Part shown: positions 36,544-50,100 of the stretch, piece after piece | Numbering within the stretch: position 1 is the first letter of the stretch | Layout: the number at the start of each line of letters is the position of its first letter | Assembly: GCA_002633005.1 (NCBI GenBank) | Contig: NMRA01000091.1 | Coordinates: 891,820 to 955,819, forward strand | From: Phoronis australis | Lineage: Eukaryota; Animalia; Phoronida | DNA length: 64,000 bases | Direction of reading: 5' to 3' | Made by a program: the position numbers and the translations under genes | Notes under the pieces: model-generated | Databases searched by the model: none | Told to the model about the DNA's origin: nothing | Seen by the model: the letters and a program-made list of their open reading frames with translations, nothing else

Positions 36544-39500
36544 AGTGTGAACTCTATACGTTAAAACAAAAGCTCATTGATTTTTCGGGATTACAAATAA
36601 GGCAACCGCAGTCCCATTATGATCGGCTCTATATATTGATATGCTACATGCATCGAAATATCTTTGAAGGCAACACTTCTGAAATGTTTTCCTGATCGGT
36701 TTCGTATGAAACTTTCCTTCATGTATGCTATATGCTTCATGTGCTGTTCCGGAAAAAACTGTCAGGATTTTTTTAGGTCGATTCCCCTTTACACAAGGGG
36801 CTATTAAAAATAGGACTTTTTGGGATTTTTATGGAAACAAAAGTTGCATAAAACGAAAACGAAATATTTATTAAGAAAATTGTAACAGCGTTATGAGATT
36901 TCATCTTAAAAGCACCTCTTAAATGATCTTTGGTCATGTTCTTGATACCGTGGTCTTGCTATCAATGTACGTTTATTCCCTATATCTTACCAGAAATACA
37001 TGATCACGTGACCCAATTACTGTTAAGAAGTCAAAAATCAAATTATACAAGTTATCCACTTTCATAAAGTATTTAATTTTATTGAGTTAAAATCTTTGGT
37101 TCCGTAGGGTTTCGGTTAAATACACGGACATGTCAGTGAGGTCCTGCATAACCCTAATATGAAATCGCATCAATCTAACCTGTTGGTTTTTAACAGTATC
37201 AAATGTGTGCGTGGTGAATTCACTATTCACCAAGTAGGAGACAGCACGGCCCAAATACACGAAGCACTACTGCAACCCAAATAGACCTGGTTGAATGAGA
37301 GACTGTTACTCAAACGTACTAACGTGTATTTTACCTTTTAATTACCATTCATGTACATAGGACGATACATGAAAACTTACACTAAGAACAACTTTTAAAA
37401 TCTTTGTATCGATACTATTTCCGGAAGTTGCAACCGGGTGACAAAAATGAAGCGAAATAATTAATTGGAAACTGTTGCCGGTGAAGCTGATCAAAACTCT
37501 CAGAGCTTCTTAGGGCATTCTAGAAACTTTCTCAATCTGAACCCCCTGACCGTAAAAAGAAAAAAAAATATTTCCAAAGTGTTGGGGTTGTTGCTCCATG
37601 CGTTGATTAGTCGCTACAAAATCCGTTCTAGTGCTGAAAGGCGAAATTTCAAGTGCATTTGCCCAAGGCTTCTTTTTGTCTAAATTGAAACTTGTTACAA
37701 TAAATCGCTTGCGTGTGGATTTCCCCGCGACGACTCCTCTGCCTTGGTGACCGACACTAATGTGGCAAGAAGTGAGCTGAATGACGGCATGATTACTCTT
37801 CTCAAACCTAGAAACCATATCTAATGTGAATAATAAAAAAGATAAAGCCGACTTTGTTACAGTTAGTGACATAAATAAAAAAATCCGTTGTAGACAAAAG
37901 AAGGACATAATCGCTTTTAGGATAAAACACGTTCTTTTGGATTATTAATAATAGTGTTTGATTGACTTTTTGAAGTTACTAGCTTTGATCAGAGCTATAA
38001 AAAACAAAACCCGGTGCCTTTTCAAATAAAGGAAGCAAAGCACTCGGTCAGTGGAGGTCTCCAACTCCAGTTCGCTTTTCGTGACAGAAATTGTCAAAAA
38101 AGATAGATCACAAGCGAAACACGGAGACTGGACAAGTACACACGCACTCAGCGGGTTTGAAATTGGGGTCGTTAGATTTTGATTGACATTTGTTTTCGAC
38201 TTTTTCAGACTCGGAAAATCTTATCCACTATTACTGTTGGAGAATGCAAGGACACGCGGTTTTAGGGATTTTGTAAACGAATCATGCTTCATGATTGGTC
38301 TCGATGTACTGTACAACGTACATTTACAAAAAGTTCGCTTTACATCGAATTTTGGGTTTTGTATTACATTTACTTCGTAAAACATCCATAACTCATTTTG
38401 TCTTAGATCCGGTCAGATTATCTCCCAACGTTCGCTGTAACCAAAAAATTACGGCATTTTCTTATATCGCGGGCATCAAAATTAATGCCACGCGACCATT
38501 ACTACTTTAGGAAACTCCCTATTTTTAACTTTTTCCAAAATTATCCCTTTGCCACACTGTTTATAGGGGACTCATGAAATGTTGACGATTTCCGAGGCAT
38601 GTTGCTTGCAAATTCTAGGTGAACCGCCTTGGAACGTGGTTGCGTCTTATTGACCAAACTTAGGCACAACAACTTTTAAAAACGCAGAACTAAACAAACT
38701 GCCTTTACCTATATGGTCTATTAACGATCGTGAAAACTAAGCATGCGTTCCTTTTGAAGAGGGTGTATTCCGTTTTTCTGTCAGTAAGCTTTAACTTGCA
38801 ATCAATTTGACTGAAAAAACGCATCGAACTCATTCATGATAAACTTCTCTCAATTTCACTAGCAAATAAGGTGCTGGAAAAAACGAATTGTCGCTGTAAC
38901 CAGGGTTATTGAAGGAACCTCACATCAGTTCAGGCCGTCGTTAAAATGTTTGTTTTATTTCACTGTTCAGCTATATGTGCTGGTAGGTCTGTAACGTGTT
39001 TTGTTTTGTCAAACAGCAGTAATATTTTGTGACAAAACGTATCGTCGTTTTACCGAGTTTTCGTCAGCTCACAAATAAAACGTCTTGAGTAGAGCTGGTA
39101 AAGTGGGAGGGAAATATAGGTAAATCTCATGTACATGCAAGCGCCATCGAATCGATGCCAAATGGTGATTTCAACTGTTGATTCCAGTCCAACATTAATT
39201 AAGTCGATCAGTTGCTGTTCATTACAGCTCTTTGTGTATAACACGAATCGCTAATCCTATGTTTAGTATCATGTTTAATTTTTCCGTTTTTGTCATTCAA
39301 GCTTCTGTAGGCAAACAGCCAGGTATCAGCTGTGAAGAAATGACACACATGTAAACATTTGCCAATGTCTAAAACACGTGTTATTCACAGACGCTATCGT
39401 TGCTTTCAGCGTAACTGCTTTTGTAATAATTTGTTTGCGCTCTTCGACTTCGATTTCGTCTAACACAATGAAGATGTTTGCTGCCCCAACACTCGTAATA

Positions 39501-40679
39501 AGAAATGTATGTTAATTAGACTCCTGTTCACGTCGAAGGTTTTGCCATTACATAATTACATGTTCTGATAACGAACAGCGCTTATGACCTGAAAATTAAT
39601 CAACAAATTGGACATCTTTTCACTTCGCACAGTTTACTCTGGCGAAAATATACATCGGTTTAATTTAATTTGAATTTGATTTCGCATCCCTCGTGCAATG
39701 TTTCAGAAACTACGACAAATCTAAAGTAATATGTTGTGTTTTGTTTAAAGTATGTGATACAAAAAAGAAAAATGAACTTCACATTAGCCAAATGCTTTAA
39801 AGATTTTTTCATTTTCATATTCGTAGGAACATGAAAGGAATCTCAAAGCAACAATCCATGAATATTTAATTAGCAACCCATTTTTAAAATAGAATGATGT
39901 TAACGTTAACAGAGACTTTTTGAAGTTTTGGTGGTAAACCTGAAATTCACTTAGTTTTCTAGATGACAAGATCAAACACGAGCGCTACATTCGAAAACCG
40001 AAATGAAATTATTGCAAACAGGCATGATTGGGAATGGCTTTGAAATACAATAACATGGCGCTTGAGAAACCTCATTTAATAAATTAAAAAGAACAAATAG
40101 ACACCATCTTGTACTCTAATCAACGTTTACTGCACGCGTAATAACACTTACTGCGAGCAAAACTGTAGGCGTTCATCTATAAATACGTCAGTGAAAAACA
40201 CAAAAGTAGTCGGAAACCACCCTCGTGCATCCCAGACATCAACTTCTAAACTGCAATTTTGTGAAGGGAACGGGGTCGTTAAAATTGAACTTTTGGAAGA
40301 AATTTCGTCATTCATATAATTGAACACAGGGGTCCATAGCTATATTTTGACGGTCAAGCATTACAATAGAATAGAATCATTTCTTAGTAATATGTTGTCC
40401 TTTAGGTTACAGATTGACATTTGTTCGCCACTGACACTTCACGTAAAGTGTAAATAAGCCAATACCACAATAAACATACAGGTGTGAGTGGACGCCCCGT
40501 TGCCAAGTGTAGCGTTGTTTGTGAGTTTGTATGCCCCCTAAACGATGGTCTCGGCTGTTCGAGGTTCAACAGCATTCTTGCAATAGACAAGGTGGTTTAT
40601 TCGTTGAATGTATCGCTTGATTTTTGGTGTCATTTACTCTACAAAAGCTGGCTCAGAGCTGAGCTGACTCGATGTGACT

Positions 40680-40950
40680 ATAGTCCTGTTTTCACTATAA
40701 AAGTTCGACACGAATCAGTTGACACGGAACGAGATGATCGGGCGCAAATATATGTGTAAACAGAACTGACATGGAGCAAATTGACACCACCGTAACAATT
40801 TATGTCACTCGTTTGTGAGGTAGAGCAAGTTGCTCCTGATCATCTTGTTCCGTGTCAACTATACGTTTCAGCACAAAACTGGGGCAAAGGGGAAGGGATC
40901 ATCTCTATTGCGCTTGCGCAATAGCGTGCATCCAGGTGATCATTGTCGCG
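40680..40950. mobile_element. Non-autonomous DNA transposon remnant; diverged relative at ~42040-42660
   Basis: 23-bp inverted repeat 40717-40739 / 40838-40860 (1 mismatch). The motifs gttgacacggaacgag, tgtcaact and ttgcgca.tagcgt recur at 42200-42380. Confidence 0.6.
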
Positions 40951-41348
40951 CAATTTCTCCAATTTGCCTTTTAAATTTTATCCTGATACCCATTTATGAT
41001 GTGTTTTCGACAACTTGCTCAAATACCGCACGGAACGATAATTGAGATTCGGCAGCCGGAAATTCGGTAAGTTTTTCATTGTTTTCAGTTCACCTATCAA
41101 CTAACCAAAACAAACACAATGTCGTTACTGGAATTTCTGAAGGGTATTATTCATTTGGGCAAAACTCTGAATTGAAATAGCTTTCATATCTTCACGAAAA
41201 TTGAATTTAATGTTGTCACGTGACAGATGCATAAATTTTGACAATGTCCAATTTATTTCGAAAACAATCACTGTCGATTCCATTTCTGTTGACATTTTAC
41301 AACTATACGATGGGAAATTACAAACACCGTTACAACAACAAATAATCA

Positions 41349-41460
41349 TTATGATGATGATGGTGATGATGAGGTGATGATGATGGTGGTGGTGGTGATG
41401 GGAATATGAATAATAGTAGTAATCAGACTAGTAAGAATAATAAGAGTAATATTAACGAAA
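41349..41460. repeat. (GAT/GGT/AAT)n low-complexity tract
   Basis: Visible trinucleotide runs. Confidence 0.8.
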
Positions 41461-44400
41461 ATAATGAACTCCAATCAATGGCAACTTTGCCCATGTGCAC
41501 TAAACCTTCCTGGTGAGAACTTCCGTCTAGCCACGGTCATGGTTCGAGCCTTAATGTAGATCTCCCAAAATGAAGGAAACGAAGTGGATCAGGTTTGACA
41601 GTTTTGTTGACTAAACGGGAAGCGATTGCCACGAATTTTGTTCAGAAGTTGTTTTGAGCAACTGAAGTCCAGAAATTTGGCATCTGATATTATATAACCT
41701 GATGCGGAAGTCCCGCATTTTAGAGTACGTCGTTGTTTAGTGGGAAGTTTTGGCATGAACGGAGGTACAGCTCAGACAAGTGGATATTTGGAAAAAATGT
41801 GGTTGGTAATAACTATCTCTGGCCTCCTTTTTGCACCGGGGTGAATTTGTGATTTGTTTTTGGTATAAAAAGGCCAAAATCGCATTTCTTGTCATTTTGG
41901 CATCTCATGGTTTTTAATGCATGTGCTAAATCAAAAAGACAAGGCTTTGCTGACTTTTTTCCTCTTTCAGAAAGCTCATTGAGCGTGTTTTCTGAAAGTT
42001 GTGTTCTGAGACAAGGTGTAAACAAGGGTTTCTATTAATCCAGACCAGTGATTACGTCAAAATCAGCCACTCTAACTGTGGTCATTGCCCCACCGTTTTC
42101 TGGGTCTAAATGGCCGCTTGACACCGGCCAACGTCTGCTGAGTCAATTGCGCTATGTCAAAAGTCAATGTCTAAACAAGAATTATGTGTGTAAACGGAAG
42201 TTGACACGGAACGAGTTGTCACCGCCGTGTGCCAATTTCGTGTCCAACTTTTGAGGTAGTGCAACTTGCGCACGATCATTTTGTTCTATGTCAACTGTAT
42301 GTGAAAACACGAAACTGGTACAAGGTGATGCAGTCATATTACTTGCTCTTGCGCAGTAGCGTACATACTGGTCACCATTATCTACGACTGGCATCCTTTG
42401 CCTTTTACCTGTTTAGTTCAACCGTTGCTAATTAACTCGTTTTTCTGACTCTAGATATGCACACATTTACAACATTTTCTCTTTCTCAACATAAACTGCA
42501 ACTCCCATCATCTGTACCACTCCCCATTCCCGCCTACAACTTCCACCTTGCCACTGCTGTGTGTCAATGGCCGTTAGACACCGACCACCTTGAGCCGTGT
42601 CAGCTTGCGCTATGTCAGAGTTAATGTCTAAACAGGGCTTTAGACAGGCACGGGGAGAGTCGAGCAAAGTCAAATTTTGACTTGCGAGAATTTCATTTTG
42701 TGTTACCATCCAGTGCAAGGTCTTAGCAATAATACATGAAGCATTACCTGATGACTCAAGACCCTCACTATGCATGAAGGAGGTGAATTTTCCAATCTTC
42801 TTCAGAGCTTGTAGAGTCGCATTCCCTTCGACACCAACTTACTTGAATGTACTGTGGACTTTGAGATTCTGCTTCACTTTTTAGGATCCCCAGATTCCGT
42901 TGATGCACTAGTGTAACTTTGCGCAGTGAGCGCAAAAATAAATACAACTTCACGAAAGTCATTTCCCGAGGACGTTGTTAGCTGCTATTATGCTATAGGA
43001 AATAACAGGTGATGTGCTTTTCTCTCCACAATGACGATGGCGATACCGGTTTTCTCCAGTCTAGAAACCGCCTTCACAATGTTCACAATCTCTCTAGACT
43101 TGCAGTAACAGTTGGCATCTTTAAGTCAGAGTCTTCTGTTTACATTGCTTGCAGAAAATGTAGGCAATAATATCCAATGAGTTGTCACGTCGCAACATCT
43201 CCTGACATTTGATTAGATTCTGGATGTAAGTGTTAGAACAATAAGTATTCGTTCTACACCATCTTGGCAACCCCTTGCAAACTTATGCCACCACATGCTG
43301 GAGGTAGATGAAGTGAAGTGTGAACCAGTGCCACACCATCCTAGATGGATCAAATATCCTCGGGATGTTGAAAGTCTTCAGGCGCAATATCGTCCACAGG
43401 TTAATGGAGTCTTGGGGCTTTGTGTATCCTAGAGAAGTCCATACATGTGTGTGGTACTAAACGCAGGCTTCAGGCAATACTTCACAAAACCAGTTCTGGT
43501 TCGTCCCGGATCTATGTATTAACGTGTAAAGGAAGGATGTCCTCGAAGAAGCTGTAAAAGAATCACAGGTTTTACGGTGAGTTCAGGCATCTTGGTGTTG
43601 GTTCAGGTTTTGAACTTATGTACCTTACTTATGCTCAGGATTGTGAAACACCAGCAGACGCTGCTCGTGCTGATAAGTTGTATTAGACGGAAATTGATGA
43701 GAGAATTTTTAATCAAAGTCTTGTCCGACTACCCCCGTTGTTTTCTGAAAAGAAGCCAGAAATTAAGAAAGTCAATAATTGTGCCAGTGAACCAATGCTC
43801 TAATATTCAAGAACTAGAGCTTTTGAGGAGTACTTAAGGTATGCTACAGCCATTGCGATCAGGTGGTATACCTCCAAAGTCACTGGCTGATCTGCTCTAC
43901 GATGTTTGTGAAGCGGATGATGAGGATAACACCAAGTGACTATTGCTTATTGCTGTGTCTGTAATCTTTCAACATATCTTCCTGAGGTGGTGACATGGTA
44001 ACATCATTTCTGAAATCTATTGGTATGTTTGTACTAATCTCTAGTCTATTTACGTGGATGAATCGATTGTGTAGAGGTTACAATACTAGACTGACAATTT
44101 AAAGGTACCTGGTTCAATCGAAGCTTGGGTAAAAATAAAAAATACTGTCGTTTAACACCATGAGAGCAACATACACCCGTGATTCTTGTTCCATAGAACT
44201 TTAGCCCTGAAATAACAGCTTCGATCTCGCGCTGCTGAGGTTGCCCAACGCATGCGTGGAATTTGTTTGCATTCGTTTGTTCCGGTGTTGGTTCTTGATG
44301 TGGAATTTACTGTTACTAAAACGTTTCTCAGCTTCGTCGTTTTTCAACCGAATTGCATAAGAGTCATATCATTAGACAGCCCTTAACGAGTTCCAGGGCT

Positions 44401-44912
44401 AGAGTTCTATGATTCTTTTAAAAACGCTGCAACACCTAAAGATGGTCGGAGATGTGTTCGACCGAAACGCCATGCCAACGTCCATGTACATGTAAATAGG
44501 CTGGAGCTTAGTGTGAATAGATCAACAGATTTTCGAAATGGTGTGAATCCTTACTGTTTTTCGTAAGGGCATTTAACACATTTACTGTGATTTTGCTCAT
44601 TCAAATGGCGATAAAAGCAACAGAATTAAGTGTTTTATTATTTAAATATTGTTGTTATCTTGTGTACATTTTACGTGACCTGTTAGGGAACGATCAATAT
44701 TGAGTTGTAGTCTAACACACAGCAGGTAAAGGGGCTGAGTTGGAAAATAATTTCATCGTTATGAAAGACACTGAAAATATAGGCGTAGATACGTTATGTT
44801 CTCAGTTATATTAAATAGCCAAAACAAAATACGAAAAATTGGTAATAATGGCACTAACTTGCACAAAAAACATTCGTGGAAAAATAAACTTGTTAACATC
44901 ATTTTTCATCAC

Positions 44913-45784
44913 TTAAAGAGGCATGGAAAGCAAAAAACAGACTAAAATGCATTTTCCAAATGTTTGCCGCTGAAACAAGAAGTCTATCTGCTTACCATGT
45001 ATATCTACGGTTTGTTTATAAAAATTTTGAATTTCTGTTGATGTCAAAGCATTTTTCTTTTAGTTTCAAATTCCATAAAGAACAACCTGTCGAATGGTTG
45101 CCACTTTGTCGACTTTTCTCCCACAAGACAAAGTACGTCTCTTTATTTTGCATGGCAAGATATAGACGTAGCACATTTTCCTTTGACCTTTGATGTAAAC
45201 AAAATGATGGCGACTTTAAGCAGCAGCCAGTCTGATTAAGAGGCAATTGATGTAAGTTCTAACAGTTTGAAATTAGTTATAAAGCCAGGGAAGGATCCAG
45301 GATTTTGAGTTAGGGGGACCTAGGCCAGAATATTAGCCAGGATTTTGCCCGTCAGACATTCGTACTTCCGAACTGCCAAATGCAATCTTGGAGGATTTTA
45401 GGCAGGGTAGGGACATGGCCCCCCTCCAAATCCGCCACTGAAAGCTATCGTAGTATTCAGATATATTCATAAAGCAAACAGAATTCTTTTTGGAAAATTG
45501 CTTGCTGTCGACCTCAGATTCGGAGTGCGATCACACATATCCATCTTGTCAGTCAGCTGTTTGTGGAATGACTATGAGCGCAGGCGCGCGTTTATCATAA
45601 GTGGGAGGGAGATTACAATTTTTCCTTCGCACGTATTTCGAAAATCATGAATTTTGTGATTTTTTCTGGAAGTTCCCTAACAGGGAAATAAATAACTCCG
45701 TAGTAGACTTTGCGAGAAGGTACTTTCCCCAGGAATTGTTTAAAAGATATTTATGACGAGCTTTCGCGTTCCTTGCCTTTTTAA
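44913..45784. mobile_element. TTAA-flanked non-autonomous element A (Kolobok/piggyBac-type)
   Basis: Left ttaaagaggcatggaaagc; right-end reverse complement ttaaaaaggcaaggaacgc. Confidence 0.65.
45286..45440. mobile_element. Short CAG...CTG MITE with 5-bp target duplication AAAGC (hAT5-like), nested in element A
   Basis: Ends cagggaaggatcc / atccgccactg with aaagc on both sides. A related left end starts at 59338 (caggggcggaaccaggattttgagttaggggg). Confidence 0.65.
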
Positions 45785-47141
45785 AGGAGAATGCCACCCG
45801 ATTTAATTAGTCTTTTTTGCCGTCTTAATCGGTCTATATCCAAATCGCCTCGCATACGGTCGACCTTACCTTGCCAAGAGGTGTCGCGTTAACCTGTGAG
45901 GAAGGTGAGAAACGACGCTAGCGACGTCAGTGGTTCATATGCAGAGTGAATGCCGCTATGTTGCGGTGCATCGTTCCCGCTTGTCCGAACTAAGCAGCTG
46001 CNNNNNNNNNNNNNNNNNNNNNNNNNNNNNNNNNNNNNNNNNNNNNNNNNNNNNNNNNNNNNNNNNNNNNNNNNNNNNNNNNNNNNNNNNNNNNNNNNNN
46101 NNNNNNNNNNNNNNNNNNNNNNNNNNNNNNNNNNNNNNNNNNNNNNNNNNNNNNNNNNNNNNNNNNNNNNNNNNNNNNNNNNNNNNNNNNNNNNNNNNNN
46201 NNNNNNNNNNNNNNNNNNNNNNNNNNNNNNNNNNNNNNNNNNNNNNNNNNNNNNNNNNNNNNNNNNNNNNNNNNNNNNNNNNNNNNNNNNNNNNNNNNNN
46301 NNNNNNNNNNNNNNNNNNNNNNNNNNNNNNNNNNNNNNNNNNNNNNNNNNNNNNNNNNNNNNNNNNNNNNNNNNNNNNNNNNNNNNNNNNNNNNNNNNNN
46401 NNNNNNNNNNNNNNNNNNNNNNNNNNNNNNNNNNNNNNNNNNNNNNNNNNNNNNNNNNNNNNNNNNNNNNNNNNNNNNNNNNNNNNNNNNNNNNNNNNNN
46501 NNNNNNNNNNNNNNNNNNNNNNNNNNNNNNNNNNNNNNNNNNNNNNNNNNNNNNNNNNNNNNNNNNNNNNNNNNNNNNNNNNNNNNNNNNNNNNNNNNNN
46601 NNNNNNNNNNNNNNNNNNNNNNNNNNNNNNNNNNNNNNNNNNNNNNNNNNNNNNNNNNNNNNNNNNNNNNNNNNNNNNNNNNNNNNNNNNNNNNNNNNNN
46701 NCACAGATCTAGGTTCTCCTGTCTGTATCTCATGGAAAATACTTCGAAATTATGTAGTCCGATCCCAAACTCCTGCTACGGACCTTATTGGCCTGCCGAA
46801 CTTTGCAGGCTACGGTTTGTCCAAATACCAATAAATCCGTAAGAGCGAAATAAAACAACACGTTTTTATAAGAATTCGGTGTGTTTTTAAGGGTTTTACA
46901 TCGAAGTTTGACGATTTATTGGTGTTAAACGATGACTTCAAGCGATAAGCTGATACCAGTAACCCGTGTTGTGAACTGCTGAACAGATTGCGTGTGAAAC
47001 CGATGACGTCATTGGATAATTTCAACACCTCCGTCTGCCGTCAGGTGTCAGGTAACGCAACCGTACCTATCGTTATGGAGTAGAACTACTCGATCTAAAT
47101 TGATACAAATTAGGTTGTTTTTGGGTGGCATGCTCCTTTAA
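45781..47141. mobile_element. TTAA-flanked element B spanning the assembly gap
   Basis: Left ttaaaggagaatgccaccc; right-end reverse complement ttaaaggagcatgccaccc; shares TTAA 45781-45784 with element A. Confidence 0.75.
46002..46701. other. Assembly gap (700 N)
   Basis: Run of N. Confidence 1.
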
Positions 47142-50100
47142 ATACTTCAGCAAGAATGCATTTTCGAAGTTGATATCCGGGGTAATTTTCAAAGTGAAGA
47201 GTTGAATACGTAAGGCTTAGCCATCGAGATTTGTTTTTGTTTTTCAAAACAAAATTCGTACTTATTATATCATAAGCGCATCGTGTACTTGAATGGCTTG
47301 AGAATATTTCACATATAGCACAACCATCATAAACTTCATATTACACACACTTGCTTAAACAAGCCTGTAAACGCACGCAGTTGTTCACGTTACATGCACG
47401 ACCTATATATTCCTCCTTCCTACTTCTATTTCCGGGTCGAAATGACGTCATAACAGTGCCAGACACGTCATCACTAGACACCCGCATAAAAACATTATTT
47501 TACTCATACAATACGTCGGGGGTGATTAATAACGTTGCTTCAATTTTGAGAGAAATATAAACTAACAGTATATGTACGCGTTTAGGTACATGTATATCCG
47601 AAATAAGGTGTTTTCAAAGATTTTCTTGCTTAAGTATCCCACATGCTGGCGCGTGCGCTTAAGTTTCATTCACAGGTGAAGGTCTCTTTCACTTGTGAAA
47701 GTGTATAACTATAGGTCTCGAACACATGGGTTTTTATGAGTTTTACACGTTTTTAAACTAGATAGCGTAAATTAAGTAGACGTGTGTGCGGGTGCGTGTG
47801 TGTATGCATACATACATGCATACATACATACGTAGTTTAGTTCTCAGACTTTTGTACGCGATTATGCGCCAGCTAAGACAGTACAATGGGTGAATAAATT
47901 TGTTTACTCTATTTTCAAATAAATAACGTACAGTTTAATTCCCAGATTGTTTCCGAGGCTGTCTTCAGCCTTACCAAAATATTACTGTCCAGTTTCCTGA
48001 ACAGCATATCCCTGACATGGCACTGTTAGTTAGATTAAGAATAACAGCAACGATTATCCTAAAATAGTAAATATGCTAATGCAAATTACTACACGAAGTA
48101 CTTCTAATAACAATAATAATAACAATACTACTACTACTACTACTAATAATAATAATAATAATGTAGTAAAATTTCAATGGCAATAATAACTTGCAAACAC
48201 AACGTGTAAAAAAACATCGAATGGAATATATGTATAACCTCAAGCGAGAAGCTTGATGACGTCATGATGTACTTTATATATTTTCATTTGCTCTATTTCC
48301 GTTTGCTGAAATTTTCTTTGCAATGAAGCGCAAAAAGAAGTTGCCACAAGTATATGTCAAACTGCTCGTGTTTTAACACGGGTGATGTCAGTTATAAGCC
48401 GAGGCTGTTGCGCAGAGTAACTAGTTTCACGAGGACGAAAGGCCGAGTGAAAATATCCTCAGCGTCAGCAGCTAATGGCACACCGAAATGGAAACACGTG
48501 TACTTTGAAATATTTCTATTACATAAGTCCACATATCTTCGCCGACTGAATTTTCTTTTCCGTGCATTTGTCCTGTCAAGTAATCGTAACCCACGCTACG
48601 TTGTTATTGCTCGGCGGGCGCGTCAGGACGTGCGTGGTAGAGAGATTTCATTTATATGTACTTTTGAATTAGATTAAAGAATTGAACATTATGTGTTTCC
48701 GAAGAATATCTGGAGTAAATAAATACGTAGATAGTTAACTGTATTAATCATGTGCAATTTGCAGCCTACATTTACAATAGTACGAAGAAGATGACAATGA
48801 TGATGACAACGGCGGCATTGATGATGAAGAGGACGAGAAATACGATAATGACGATGATAATCACATTTCCAAGGAATCTTAGACTCCGAAATTATCTTCT
48901 CCATTGCAAACAAAAACGCCAACTTTTCTCTCTCACTTTTTTGGCACGGTATGGGTCATCGCAAAGAACTCCACATCCATCAATATTTATGAATCAAACT
49001 GAGAGCGTTCGCATTATTCGCCTCATCCATCGTTTGACTTTGACGTCAGTTTGGGCGCATCGTGCCTAATTTTTTGTCGCTCTTGGCGCACAGAGTGTTT
49101 TAGGAACTAACATCTGCAGACACGCTCCGAGAGGGACGTTGATCAAATATAATGCATGCACATGATTCTTGCACACCGCACACATAATGCCAGGCAGATG
49201 AAAACGTACGTTGAAAACGAGGCATCATCCCAAACAGAAACTGCTGAGCTCATTGGTTAGGTTAAAAGACTTCGGTGACGTCAGTCACAAGTTAGTCCCA
49301 GACTCAGTCCCATAGTCTGCAGTCGCGACAACACGGAGATACGATACATCGTCGATTTTTTCCTCAGAATCTCACGAATGGATAGTCATTACCCAAAGTC
49401 GTAGAAAAATATCCAACATTGCATGCTGACTAGAGCAAAAACTTTTCAGCTCACTACGCAATCGCATAAGTCTTTAACACCGGTATTGATAAAAAGGTAT
49501 CATTTGTCTTATTTTTTCTTTGCCGACAAGGCATTCTTGCGTAGGCATTGGCGATCGAAATATTCACGTCCATTAGTGAGATGTATTTTTGAATACAGGG
49601 ACTCACGCCAGTCATCTTTCTTTCGGTCGTCATTAACCTACATCCCCAGAGCCTTCGTTACCATCTGAAATAGAATTATATCATGTACCAATTTGTTATA
49701 CGAACACGTAGAATCTGTAATCTGGTATCAGATCCTCTGCACCCCAAACAAGTTATTGCCAAATTTAAAAGCAGCATTTCGCCCCTGTTTAGCAGGCTGT
49801 CAATGTTGAATTTTTAACTGAAGCGCCAATTCCAAATCCGAAATTTTAGGATTGATTAACCCACTAAAATCTAAATCGTTTTCTTGTCTCTTATTGGAAC
49901 GGAAAGATAATCCTATTATGGCAAGGGATAATACGAGACCAATTTTCGTTTTTAGCCATCTAATCAGGTGAAATGCAACTTTAACTATTTTTGATTAGAT
50001 TTCAGAAGGGCGGGCCTTCTTCGCGCCCCCTAAAGACAGTGCCTGAAGCAAACTAAGCTAGCGTGAGCTTAGGAGCTAGCGTGAACTTAGGGCCCCGCTA

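Noticed and set aside
42996-43011. Second upstream PTF1-like site (- strand CACCTG-tta-TTTCCTA)
   Set aside because: The spacing is 3 nt rather than 4-5 and the TC-box is imperfect.
45889-46834. Long ORFs of X residues
   Set aside because: Translation of the N gap.
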